Positions 49,845 through 61,153 of a stretch of DNA of 64,000 nucleotides are shown piece by piece (position 1 is the first letter of the stretch; every line of letters starts with the position of its first letter). The stretch spans positions 6,324,001 through 6,388,000 of the forward strand of contig NC_086097.1 of NCBI RefSeq assembly GCF_963921235.1. The letters run 5' to 3'. Under the pieces are notes generated by a model, which searched no databases, had not been told where the DNA came from, and saw only the letters and a list, made by a program, of their open reading frames with translations. Source of the stretch: Mobula hypostoma (taxonomy: Eukaryota). The position numbers and the translations under genes were made by a program.

Positions 49845-50820
49845 CCTTGGGTTGAGAGGGTGAACAGCTTTAAGTTCCTCGGCATACACATCACCGAGAA
49901 TCTCACATGGCCTGTACATACTGGCTGTGTGGTAAAAAAAGCACAACAATGCCTCTTTCACCTCAGGCGACTGAAGAAGTTCAGTATGAGTCCCCAAATC
50001 CTTTCTACAGGGGCACAATTGAGAGCATCCTGACTGGCTGCATCACTGCCGGGTCTGGGAACTGTACTTTCCTCAATCGCAGGACTCTGCAGAGAGTGGT
50101 GCGGACAGCCCAGCACATCTGTGGATGTGAACTTCCTACTATTCAGGACATTTACCGAGACAAGTGAATAAAAAGGGCTCGAAGGATCATTGGGGACCCG
50201 AGTCACCCCAACCACAAACTGTTCCAGCTGTTACCATCTGTGAAACGATACCACAGCAGAAAAGCCAGGACCAGCAGCTTCTTCCACCAGGCCATCAGAC
50301 TGATTAATTCACACTGATATACAATTGTATTGTTATGCTATATTGACTGTCCTGTTGTATATGCTATTTATTACAAATTACTATAAATTGAACATTGCAC
50401 ATTTAGATGGAGAGGTAATGTAAAGATTTTTATTGCTCATGTATATGAAGGATGTAAGAAATAAAGTCAATTCAAAAAGTAGTGCAAAAAATAGAAATAA
50501 AGAAGCAGTGCTTATGGGTTCAACATCTGTTCAGAAATAGGATGGCAGAGGGGAAAAAGCTGTTCCTGAATTGTTAAGTGTATACCTTCAGGCTTCTGTA
50601 CCTCCTTTATGATGGTAGCAATGAGAAGAGAGCATAGTCCTGGGTGATGGGTGTCCTTAATAATGGATGCTGCTTTTTTGAGGCATTGCTCTTTGAAGAT
50701 GTCCTGGATACCACAGAGGATAGTGCCCATGATGGAGCTGACTAAGTTTACAACTCTCTGCAGCTTATTCCAATCCTGTGCAGTAGCCCCTTCCATATTC
50801 TAGACAGTGATTCAGCCAGT
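49845..50820. mobile_element. Two Rex1/Babar 3' fragments tail to tail (plus 49845-50475, minus 50475-50820)
   Basis: VERVNSFKFLGIHITENLTW..KKAQQCLFHLRRLKKF; DWNKLQRVV..CLKKAASIIKD. Confidence 0.88.
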
Positions 50821-52934
50821 ATGGTGTATGGGGGTGTGCTACTGCGCAGCATCGAAATAAGTTACAGAAAGTTATGAACTTAGTCCGCTCCATCATGGAG
50901 ACTCAAGAGTTGGATAGTATATCAAGTTAAAAGACAATTGGGCAAGAACATGAATAGGAAAGGTTTATATCAGAGGTTCCCAACCATTGTTTTTTATCTC
51001 ATGGACCAACACCATTAAGCAAGAGGTCTGTGGACTCCAGGGTGGAAAACCCTGGGTGAGAAGGATATGGGTCAAATAGAGGAAAATGGGACTAGCTCAG
51101 TTGAGCATCTTGTTTGGGATGAATCAGTTGGACCAAAGGATATGATTCAATGACTCTTGATAGACTGTAGATTCTGGAATCATTCTGGCATCTGAATTCT
51201 CTTGTGTTCCCAAAGCTGAGGTGCTTCAGAGCTCATGGACACAGAGCTCAGAACAGAGGGATATGTTTGACCTTTGAAGTTCAAGCTGGATCTCTCTCAT
51301 GCAACTCACTACTTCTACCCTTGACCCTTTTTATAAGGTCATAAGGCATAGGAGTAGAACTAAGCCATTCGGCCCATTGAGTCTGCTCCACCACTCAGTC
51401 ATGGCTGATCAATTGTGCCCCTTAACCCTATTCTCCTGTCTTCTCCCCGTAACCTTTGACATCTTTACCAAACAAAAACCTATCTGCTTTTGCTTTAAAT
51501 ATACTCAATGACCTGACCTCCACAGCCATTCTTTTCCATAGGCTGGCAAACGCTACTGAACCACATTTATTAAAGGCCACCAAGATAACTGTTTTCACCA
51601 TATCTATAGACCATAAATTGCAGATTCTGTGAAAAAAATAATTTTCCTTAAATCACTGTTAATTTTATGAGTGTGGCCTCAAGACAATGACTCCTCCACC
51701 AAAGGGGATAGCCTCCCACTATTCACTCTTTCCTGGCCTTTTATTATTGCATATACTTCCATTAAATCTTCCTTCAAACATTTTCTTCCAGCCTCTCTAA
51801 TATAATCTTGCACCCCCAGATTAAGGGCCCTAACATCAGTCCATAGGGATGCCATCTGTCATCTTTCATCTCACAGAAAAAAAAAACATTCACCATCTGG
51901 TCTGCTCTCTGCTTCTTACTCCATTTATATCCGTGCTTTATCTGTCTCTTTTTATGCTGTGTGTAATACAGCTGTGAAATACTTTATCAAAAGTTTTCTG
52001 GAGCATCATGGCAGTGGCTTCATCTTATCATGTTGCTTAGCAGTTGAGTAATTGAGCATATCTATCAAGTCAGGCAGCATCTATGGAAATCAATAAACTG
52101 TTGACACTTTGGGCCAAGTCCCTTCATCAGGATATATTCATTTCCAGAGATGCTGCCTTGCCAGCTGAATTCCTCCAGCATTTTGTGTGTGTTGCTTTGG
52201 ATTTCCAGCATCTGCAGAATATCTTGTGTTTGCTGTCAAGTTTGTTAATAAATCCATACTGCTAACATAAAACATCCATTTTCCTTCAAGTAAATATTAA
52301 CCTGTGCCGTTATTGAGGCTAAGCTAGTCACAGTTCATGGACTTGCCTATAATCGCATATTCTCCAGTCCTTAGGAAACAACCTGTATTTAAAAAGATTC
52401 AATGATTCCATGTACATTTACTTTCCAAGTATGTATAGATTATACATCCTTGAGACTTGTCTGCTTATAGGCAGCCACAAAGCAAGAAACCAGAAAGAAC
52501 CCAACTAAAAATAAAGACCAACACCAAATCCACAGAGAAAGAGAAAAACACAAATCATGCAAGCAATGGAAATAAACAACAGCATTCCGAACCAAATTGA
52601 GTCCATAGATCTGAATCTGAGGATCGAAAAATAATCACAAGGTAACAGAAAATGCTGAAAATACACAGCAGATGACTTATGTCTGTGGGAATAAAAATAA
52701 AGCCAATGTTTCAGGCGAAAACCTCTTTGGCAGAACTGGAAAGGAGATTTTAAAAAAGCTTGTTAAGCTGCAGGGGGAGTGTAAGTGGGGCCATGTGCAT
52801 ATCTCTGACAGGGTAAAATCAGAGGCATTTTCCTCCAGCATTTTGTGCCTATTACATTGACTTGCAGCATCTGCAGATTTTCTCCTGTTTGAGGGTAAAA
52901 TCGGGGCAACTATGGAAGTATGCTGTGAACAGCA

Positions 52935-53217
52935 GTACTTCTATAGAAGTACTGTGAAGAGCATTTTAGCTGGTTGCATCACCATCTGGTATGGAGAGGC
53001 CACAGCACAGGACTGAAAAAGCTGCAGAACATTGTAGCTCAGCCAGCTCCATCATGGGAACTATCCTCCCCAGCACTGAGGACATCCTGGAAATGCAATG
53101 CCTCAGAAAGGTGGAATTCATCATTTATTCATCGTGAACACTACCTCACTGCTTTTTTAAAAACTTATTTCTGTTCTTGAAATATTTATCTTAACTTAAC
53201 TATTTAATATACTTACA

Positions 53218-53270
<53 letters not shown>

Positions 53271-53465
53271 ACAGTAATTCAGTTCTTTTTTCTATATTTA
53301 TCATGTATTGAATTGTACTGCTGTAACAAAACAGCAAATATTCATGACACAATCATGGTCATGAGACCATGATCACCTATGTCAAACGACATGGTATATA
53401 ATCATTTAATGATAACGATAATGTTATTGATAATGCCTGTGATATTAAACCTGATTCTGATTCTG
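52935..53465 (+). mobile_element. Rex1/Babar 3' fragment containing (CA)n and an RTE-SINE piece
   Basis: FYRSTVKSILAGCITIWYG; ctgattctgattctg tail. Confidence 0.8.
53215..53267. repeat. (CA)n microsatellite
   Basis: Direct reading. Confidence 0.98.
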
Positions 53466-53689
53466 TTCAGTCAATGAGTGAAATGGGAGCAGCTGGTAAG
53501 TGAGAACGTGGACAAAAGACTATTGGAGTTGCAAAATGTACAGAAGTCAAGTCTGCCCAATAGGTCAGACTGGGTATGATCTCCACTTCTAGAGAAAAAA
53601 AGAGAGAGGACAAAATCTGAGGGGATATTACAAATGGTGACTGATATAGTCAGAGAAATCTAGATCCCTGAATTTATATAATTCAACAT

Positions 53690-54200
53690 TTGAGTCTACA
53701 GATATAGAAAGAATAAAGGTGAAGTGTTATACTCAAAGTTCCATTGGACCTTGCTGTAAGAATGTGGAGATCACAACTGGGAGGTGAAAACGGAATGGAT
53801 GGAAAATTAAAGTGGCTGACAATGGGACGTTAAGGGTCGTCCTTGCAGACTGAACACAGATGTTCAGAAAATCATCTCCCACTCTACGTTTGGTTCCTCT
53901 GATGTGAGGAGAAGGACAACTGAATCACTGCTTCACCTGGAAAGGCTGTTTAGATTGCTACATGATGGCAGGGAAAGTGGTGAAAGGCCAACTGTTGTAT
54001 CGCCTGCAGTTGCATCTCAAAGTGCAGAAAGGAGGGGGTGGTTGGTGGGAATGTATGAATGGACCAGAGAGTTGGAAAGCAAACAGTTCACACAAATTAG
54101 TTAATGGGGAAAAGATGGTGAGATGTGCCTGGAGGTGGAATCTCTGAAAATGCAGAGAATGGCTTGTCAAATACAGGCACTGTTTGCATGGAAATTGAGA
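53690..54200 (-). mobile_element. Old Penelope GIY-YIG fragment
   Basis: tgttcagaaaatcatctcccactctacgtttggt resembles TKRRVGDDFLN (cf. TRRKLGDCFAEH). Confidence 0.6.
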
Positions 54201-55726
54201 AAGTGGATGTTTACATCGCTGCCTCCGGAAGAAGTTGGAAGATTACGGCCTATCCAATTCCCTTCTGAATTTATTCAAAATATTAGGATGCATCCAATCT
54301 GACCCAGATGATTAACAAATTTCAACTTCAGTAAACTTTACTGATACTTCTGGTCTACTGATTCTTCACTTATCCAATGTCTCAACAAGATCCTCCTCGT
54401 TCACTGTTTCCAAGCACCCTAGTAGGCTTTCAGTAATTTAACATTTTCCTGAGATTCCAATGTAAACTCCCATTGTTGTCCTCAGTGGGCTACACACTTC
54501 CAGGATATGCCTATTACTATTAATATGCCTAATGCAGTCTCTTGGTTTCCCATATCTATTGATTCTTTAATAACCAGCCTGGTTAACAATCTGACACTAG
54601 TCACATGAAACATTTTGCTTCCATCCCCTTTCCGACATGTTGGTCCATGGGCTCCTCTTGTGCCACGACGAAGCCACTCTCAGGGTTGAGGAACAACACC
54701 TTATATCCTGTCGGGTTACCCTCTAACCTAATGACGTGAATATCGATTTCTCCTTCCGGTAAAACAAAATCCCTTCCCCTTCCTTCTACCTCCATTTGTC
54801 ACAACCACGGATTTGGCACCGCAGTAGATACGGCAATTGCGCTTGTGAATATGCACGTGTCAGCTAATTATTATTTCATTGTAATAGTATTTAACTCTAT
54901 ACTTGTCGTCGTAGTGCTTGTCGAGACTTGAACACAGCAATGCTTCGCTGCTGGCATTCCACCTCGCCCGAGAAATTGGACTGTCGAGTCAACTGACTCT
55001 GAAGACTCGCTGTATTCATTTTATTCTTAGTTGTTCTTTTCAGTCATTTACCATTTGAGAATTTTCGTTAACAGCCCTGCTTGGCTTAGCGTTTATTGTT
55101 TTCTTTCATTGCTAAACTGGCTGGTTCTCTGCAGATCTGTTTAATTTGCTACATGGAAGTTCAATTTTCCCATTCTGTACCATGACTTTCATCACGAGGT
55201 TAAAAATACTCTTAATAGGGTTACTTTACTTGTGTGCTTGCACACCGCAGCCAGGGATTAGCTTTTGGATTAGGGCTCTTCCGGAATTTACACTATTGAC
55301 TTGGATGATAATTTGTTGAATCAATTGATAAGCTTGCTTGAAGCGCTCATTTGTTATGCAGACCTGAGTCACGGAACCACAAAGCTGGGAACCTAGATAC
55401 ATGAGACTTGAAAAGCTTGGACTGGATACCAGAGAAAGACTAGAGACTGAAGCTCGGCAGGTAGACTTGGGACTCTCGGAATGCAGGGTCAGGATATGCA
55501 CTGAGAATAGAAGGCACCCTCTTCTCAGGCCACCAATACCAAAATGTCACTGTTCAGACTTTGCTGGGTCTATTACTTGCCAAGATCCTTCCGTCACGCT
55601 GGAGACAGAAATAAGAGTTCACACATAGGAATACCCACAGAACATTGTTGCCTCAATAAATCACTCTGACCAATGAATCTCATGGACAAGGTCAGCTACT
55701 CTCTCTCCACTGGGTCCATCGTTGTG

Positions 55727-55740
55727 TGGTCAAGACTTGC
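55727..55740 (-). promoter_or_regulatory. Putative self-priming primer-binding site (Tf1/sushi type)
   Basis: GCAAGTCTTGACCA directly after the LTR pairs over 11 nt (one G-U) with GTCGAGACTTG (56035-56025), ~30 nt downstream of the TATA. Confidence 0.7.
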
Positions 55741-56158
55741 TGTCTTCTGGTTCGGATATGACCCACGTGTGGAGTGAGAGACACTGAACCAGGTCGAAAA
55801 CTCACAGACTTTAATGCGAACAGTGTTAAAGGGAAAAGAAAACAATAAACGCTAGGCCAAATAGGGCCGTTAACTAAAACTCTCAAATAGTAACTGAAGC
55901 ATACACTGCAGCTGAAAAGAACAACTAAGAATAAAATGAATACAGCTAGTCTTCAGAGTCAGTTGACTCGACAGTCCAATTTCTCGGGCAAGGTGGAATG
56001 CCGGCAGCAAAGCATTGCTGTGTTCAAGTCTCGACAAGCACTACGACGACAAGTATAGAGTTAAATACTATTACAATGAAATAATAATTAGCTGACATGT
56101 GCATATTCACAAGCGCAATTTCTGTATCTATTGCAATGCCGAATCCGTGGTAGTGACA
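55741..56158 (-). repeat. Complete 418-bp LTR (TGTC...GACA) with TATA-like box and ATTAAA
   Basis: TATTTAA at 56067-56061; ATTAAA at 55815-55810; followed by a PBS-position motif and ATGGACCCA. Confidence 0.75.
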
Positions 56159-56544
56159 CTACTCCCTTTTACCTTTTCTCACCCGCCTATTACCTCTCCC
56201 TGGGTCCCCTCCACCTTCCCTTTCTCCTGTGGTCCGCTCTTCTCTCCTATCAGATTCCTTCTTCTCCAGCCCTTTACTTGTCCCATCCACCTGGATTGAC
56301 TTATCCTCTTCCAGCTAGTCTCCTTCCTCTCCACGCGCTTTTTACTCTGGTGTCCTCCCCCTTCCTTTCCAGTCCTGAAGAAGGGTCTTGGTGCAAATGT
56401 TGACTGACTTATTCATTTTCATAAATGCTTTCCTTGTGTTTTTGTTTCCCTTATCACCCTTTATCTTTCTCTTACAGTCATGGAACCAACAGGTTATGGA
56501 GCTCAGAAACAACCCAAATAGGGTCAATGAGTTCATTGTCCGCT

Positions 56545-57165
56545 ATCAAGATTCGAGATTGTTTAATGTCATTTCCAGTACACAAGTTCAAAGGAAAATG
56601 AAATAATTGTTACTCTATATTTGATGCGGCACAAAAAACCACAATGAATATAAATACATAAGATAGCTTATATTCATAGATTGATAATGTGTCCATGAAT
56701 TGATGCCAGGTACAGGGGTATCTGTAAATAAAGTGACTGATAGGAAATGATAAAGTAGTGGTGGTGGGGGTGTTGAGTTAGTGGGTGGAGGTGTAGGTCA
56801 GCTTTATTGTTTGGGGAAAGTAACTGAGCTTTTGAGTTTGATGGTTCTGGCATAAATGCTACATAGTCTCCTCCCTGATGGGCGTGGGACAAACAGTCCA
56901 TGAGCAGGGTAGCTAGGATCTTTCATAATGTTACTGGCCCTTTTCTGGCACCTTTCTGTACAAATGTCCTTCATGGTGGATAGGCAGGTACTGGTGATGC
57001 ATTGGGAAGTTTTGACTACCCACTGTAGAGCCTTCCTGTCCACTGCAGTGCAATTCCCACACCAAGCAGTGACGCAGCATGTTAGGGTGCTCTCTAGGAC
57101 ACATCTATGAGAGGTCGTCAGTATTGATGTTCACTGCCCAGGTCTCTTCAGTCTCCTCAGAGAGT
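56545..57165 (-). mobile_element. Rex1/Babar 3' fragment
   Basis: DRKALQWVVKTSQCI..RCQKRASNIMKDPSYPAHGLF..PSGRRL. Confidence 0.88.
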
Positions 57166-57254
57166 TGAGGTAGCTGGTGCAGCCATTGATTGACACTATT
57201 TCTCTGCTAGATCAGTTTTATTATTCCCTCATTCCCAGATTCTGGCACTTACAT

Positions 57255-57460
57255 ATTCAGGAGCGGCAATTTACCATGGTCGGTTAACCTACCAGCCGAC
57301 GTGTCCTTGGGATGTGGGAGGAAGCTAGAGCACCCAGAAAAACTCATGACACCACAGGGAGTGTACATGAATTACAGACAGATAGCACTGACGATCAGGA
57401 TCAAGCGTAGGATGCTGGAGCGGTGAGAAAGCAGCTTTCCTTTCTGTTCCACTCTGCCTC
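57255..57460 (-). mobile_element. V-SINE fragment
   Basis: ttaacctacc..gtccttgggatgtgggaggaagctagagcaccc. Confidence 0.7.
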
Positions 57461-57771
57461 AGCAAGATGTGGATTTGTTTGAAATACTTTATGCTGTTTA
57501 ATACACTCAGCAAGCTCTTAATGCATTTCCAAGATAGGATTAAGTATACTTGTTGACACTGACATACACGTCTGGAAGCAGACCTGAGTAAGTATCAGAA
57601 CCAGCCGAGAGCCAGGTGCAGAACAACGTTGTTTGTTTTTGGGAGCATCACTTCATGCTTCATGTCAGCTGCTGGCACAGCAAATCTAGTTAATTTTTTT
57701 TTACCCATAGAGTCATGGAGCACTACAGCACAGAAACAGGCCCTTCGGCCCATCTGGTTTGGACTGAACTA

Positions 57772-58953
57772 CTATCAGTGGCCACTTTATTGGGTGCACT
57801 TGCACACCTGCTTGTTAATGCTCACTAATCAACCAATCATTTAGCAGCAACTCAATGCATAAAAGCATGCAGACATAGTCAGGAGGTTCATTTGTTGTTC
57901 AGATCAAAACATTGGCGGGAGGAGAGAGAGCAGCGCACTGCGCGTGCGCAGCCCTCCAGTGAAAAATGATATTGTATCCGTTAAATAGGGGCCGTGGACA
58001 ACTCTGATTTGATGGAAAGGGACGTGAAAGCACAGAGGAACATCTGGAGAAATTTCTGAAATGCTCGTTCGTTGCTGTCGTTACTGCACGGTCGGGAATC
58101 TTTCGGAGAGTAGGTCTCAAAATCCCCGGCCTTGCCTGCTGTTGGCAATCGAGATTGAGGTCGAATCGTTCGGACAGAGATGGCGCTCAGTACTCGGTGT
58201 CAGAGAGCTGATTCGGAGGCTCAAAGTTTTCGGATGACTCAGAGTCGGATTGTGGTCGGGCATGGCAGGGAGAGTTTTTCTTCCTTCTCCCGTCTGCGTG
58301 AGATGTGGGACATTTGAGAGACTTTGAACTCTTACTGTGCTCACAGACTTCTTCATCAAGTTATGGTATTGTCGCACTGTTGTAACTATATGTTATAATT
58401 ATGTGGTTTTGTCAGTTTTTTCAGTCTTGGTCTGTCCTGTGTTTTGTGATATCACACCGGAGGAAATATTGTATCATTTCTTAATGCATGCATTACTAAA
58501 TGACAATAAAAGAGGACTGCGTGTCTTCATAATCTAATCTTATCAGGATGGAGAAGAAATGTGATTTAAGTGACTTTGAACATGGAATGATGGTTGCTGT
58601 CAGAAGGGGTAGTTTGAGTATCTCAGAAACTGCTGATCTCCTAGGATTTTCATGCACAAAAGTATCTAGAGTTTACAGAGAATGGTGCAAGAAAAACATC
58701 CAGTAAGCTGCATTTCTGTCAGTGAAAATGCCCTGTAATGAGAGAGGCCAAAGAGAATAACCAGACCATTCAGGCTGACAGGAAGGTCTTGTCAAATAAC
58801 CACCTGTTACGTGGTATGCAGCGGAGAATTTGCTGAATGCACAACACGTCAAAGCTTGCGGTGAATGGACTGTAGCAGCAGAAAACCACGAACATGCACA
58901 CAGTAACCATTTCATTGGGTATAGATAATAGCTAATTAAGTGGCCTCTGAACG
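57772..58953 (+). mobile_element. Internally deleted Tc1-like transposon (nested in a CR1 3' end; hosts 57914-58540)
   Basis: TIRs TCAGTGGCCACTTTATTGG / CTAATTAAGTGGCCTCTGA..TA; MEKKCDLSDFEHGMMVAVRRGSLSISETADLLGFSCTKVSRVYREW (HTH). Confidence 0.85.
57914..58540 (+). mobile_element. Non-autonomous retroposon with TGCGCGTGCGCA head and (TAATC)n tail
   Basis: CpG-rich; 3' ~190 bp shared with 35960-36150; AATAAA then gaggactgcgtgtcttcataatctaatct. Confidence 0.8.
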
Positions 58954-59492
58954 TATCAGTCTGCCTTTTCTCATCAACCTGCGCCTGAAACATAGCCCTC
59001 CATACCCTTCCCCCAGTGTATTTGTCCAAACTTCTCTTCAATGTTGAAATCAAACTATCTCGTTCCACATTCTCACCACCCTCTGAGGGAAGACATTACC
59101 CCATGTGGAATCTCCACCCTCTGTATTTTAGATGGTCTCCCTCAAAATCTAAGACTTTGTAAAGCCTCTAATGAGCTGAAATACTTTGTACAGCATCCCA
59201 AATGCACACAGAATAAATGAACCTCATATTGACACAGATTAACTATTTAGTAATCCTTGGAAAGAATATAATTGAATTCACTTGTTAGAGTTGGCCTGCA
59301 TTCTGTGAGGAATTACAGAAGTATCTGATTGAGAATATTGTAGAGATGACTCTGATCTTCACTTGAATAATCCTTGGACAAGCCATCCTTCCAGGTGTAA
59401 AACAGTGAAGAAAGGATATGGAATGTTAAGCAACACACATCAAAGTTGCTGGTGAACGCAGCAGGCCAGGCAACATCTCTAGGAAGAGGTAT

Positions 59493-59528
59493 AGTCGACG
59501 TTTCAGGCCGAGACCCTTCGTCAGGACT
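59493..59528 (-). ncRNA. Minimal hammerhead ribozyme, intact core
   Basis: minus strand AGUC CUGACGA A GGGU-CUCG-GCCU GAAAC GUC GACU. Confidence 0.85.
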
Positions 59529-59541
59529 AAGAGTCACTAAG

Positions 59542-59577
59542 AGTCCTGAGGAAGGGTCTTGGCCTGAAACGTCGACT
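59542..59577 (+). ncRNA. Minimal hammerhead ribozyme, intact core
   Basis: AGUC CUGAGGA A GGGU-CUUG-GCCU GAAAC GUC GACU. Confidence 0.82.
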
Positions 59578-59864
59578 GTACCTCTTCCTAGAGATTCTGC
59601 CTGGCCTGCTGCGTTCACCAGCAACTTTGATGTGTGTTGCTTGAATTTCTATCATCTGCAGAATTCCTGTTGTTTGCGATATGGAATGTTAAATCTTTTT
59701 TTCATTCTCTCTTTGCACAGGGATGGAAATGCTTGGAAACATGAGTACAGATGTTCCATTTTAATTCAAACTAAATTAGTGTTAAAATGCTGCAATGTGT
59801 GGTTAAACTCATGCAACTCAAATTAGACCTGCCCAACACACTACTGTTTAAAGTCCTTTTCAAA

Positions 59865-60460
59865 ATCAGCATCAGAATAAGGTTTAATATTACCAGCTTA
59901 TGCCGTGACATTTGTTTACTTTGTGGCAGCAGAACAATGCAATACATGGAAAAAATGTTTAAAAACTGTGAATTACAGTAATTATATATAAAATAGTTAA
60001 ATTAATACAAGTAGTGCAAAAACTGAAATTTAAAAGAATTGTAGGGTCGTGTTCATGAGTTCAATGTCCATTCAGAAATCAGTAGGCAGAGAGGAAGGAA
60101 TGCTGAACTGCTAGGTACATGCCTCTAGGCTACTGTACCTCTTTCCTGATGGTAACAATGAGAAGAAGGCAGGTCCTGGGTGCTGGGGGTCCTTGATGAT
60201 GGAAGCCACTTTTCTGAGGCACTGCTCCTTGAAGATGTCTTCTTGATAGAGCTGACTAATTTTACAACTCTCTGCAGCTTATTTTGGTGCTGTGCAGAAG
60301 ACCCCACCCCGCCCCCATCTCAGACGGTAATGCAGCCAGTGAGAATGCTCTCCACAGGACATCTGCAGATGTTTTAAAGTGCTCTCGATGACAAACCAAA
60401 TCTCCTAAAACTCCTGATGAAATATAGCTGCTGTCTTGTCTTCCTTATAGCTGTATCATT
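59865..60460 (-). mobile_element. Rex1/Babar 3' fragment
   Basis: SAQHQNKLQRVVKLVSSI; aatcagcatcagaat tail. Confidence 0.8.
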
Positions 60461-61153
60461 TGATTCTGTTTGCAATTTATTTTAAATCCTGTGTTACAGG
60501 TCCATTTGAAAGCGGGAAGGAAGGAATTTCACCTACATATCAGAGGGATCAGAAGTGGAAAGGATGAGCAACTTCAAGTTCCTGCGTGTCAAAACCTCTG
60601 AGGATCTAACCTGGACCCAACATATCGATGCAACTACAAAGGCACAACAGCAGCTATATTTCATTCGGAGTTTGAGGAGATTTGGTATGTCACCAACAGA
60701 CACTCGTATATTTCAACAGATACACCATAGAGAGCATTCTAACTGGCTTCATCACCATCTGTTATGGTGTGGGGGTAGTGGGGAGAAGGGGTGTTAGGGC
60801 TACTGCATAGGATTGAAATCAGCTGCAGGGAGTTGTAAACTCAGTCAGCATCATCATGGGCACCAGCCTCCCAGCATCCAGGAGATCTTCAGGGAGGAAT
60901 GCCTCAAGAAGATGGCATCCATTATTAAAACCCCCCCATCACACAGGATAGGCCTTGTTCTCATTGCTACCATGAGGAAGGAGGGACAGAAACCTGAAGA
61001 CACACACGCAACGATTCAGGAACAGCTTCTTCTCCTCTGCCATCCCATTCCTAAATGAACATTGAACCCATGAACACTACTTCATTCGTTTTTTATTTTG
61101 ATTTTTGCACCATTTATTGAATTTAACTATTATATATATATATATATATATAT

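Larger units (their letters stand above)
54797..56158. mobile_element. Non-autonomous Gypsy-LTR-derived element with inverted LTR arms (1362 bp)
   Basis: Inverted repeat 54797-55107 vs 55833-56158; ends TGTCAC/GTGACA; flanks CCATT/CTACT. Confidence 0.88.
54600..56440 (+). mobile_element. Penelope ORF end plus pLTR, interrupted by the 54797-56158 element
   Basis: CHDEATLRVEEQHL before the insert; pLTR resumes at 56159; decayed ribozyme agtcctgaagaagggtc at 56371. Confidence 0.85.
59430..59677. mobile_element. Young palindromic Penelope-derived mini-element with 15-bp TSD
   Basis: Arms 59428-59528 and 59542-59642; 13-nt loop; TSD GATATGGAATGTTAA at 59415-59429 and 59678-59692. Confidence 0.93.

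Noticed and set aside
55226..55628. ORFs inside the inverted-LTR element (91 aa minus, 75 aa plus)
   Set aside because: Short, overlap degenerate CAAGTC-like repeats, and show no recognisable domain.
54797..56158. DIRS element or Polinton as the explanation for the long inverted repeats
   Set aside because: Ends are TG..CA and one arm is a full LTR with PBS-like site and gag-like start; no tyrosine recombinase sequence and no Polinton AG..CT ends.
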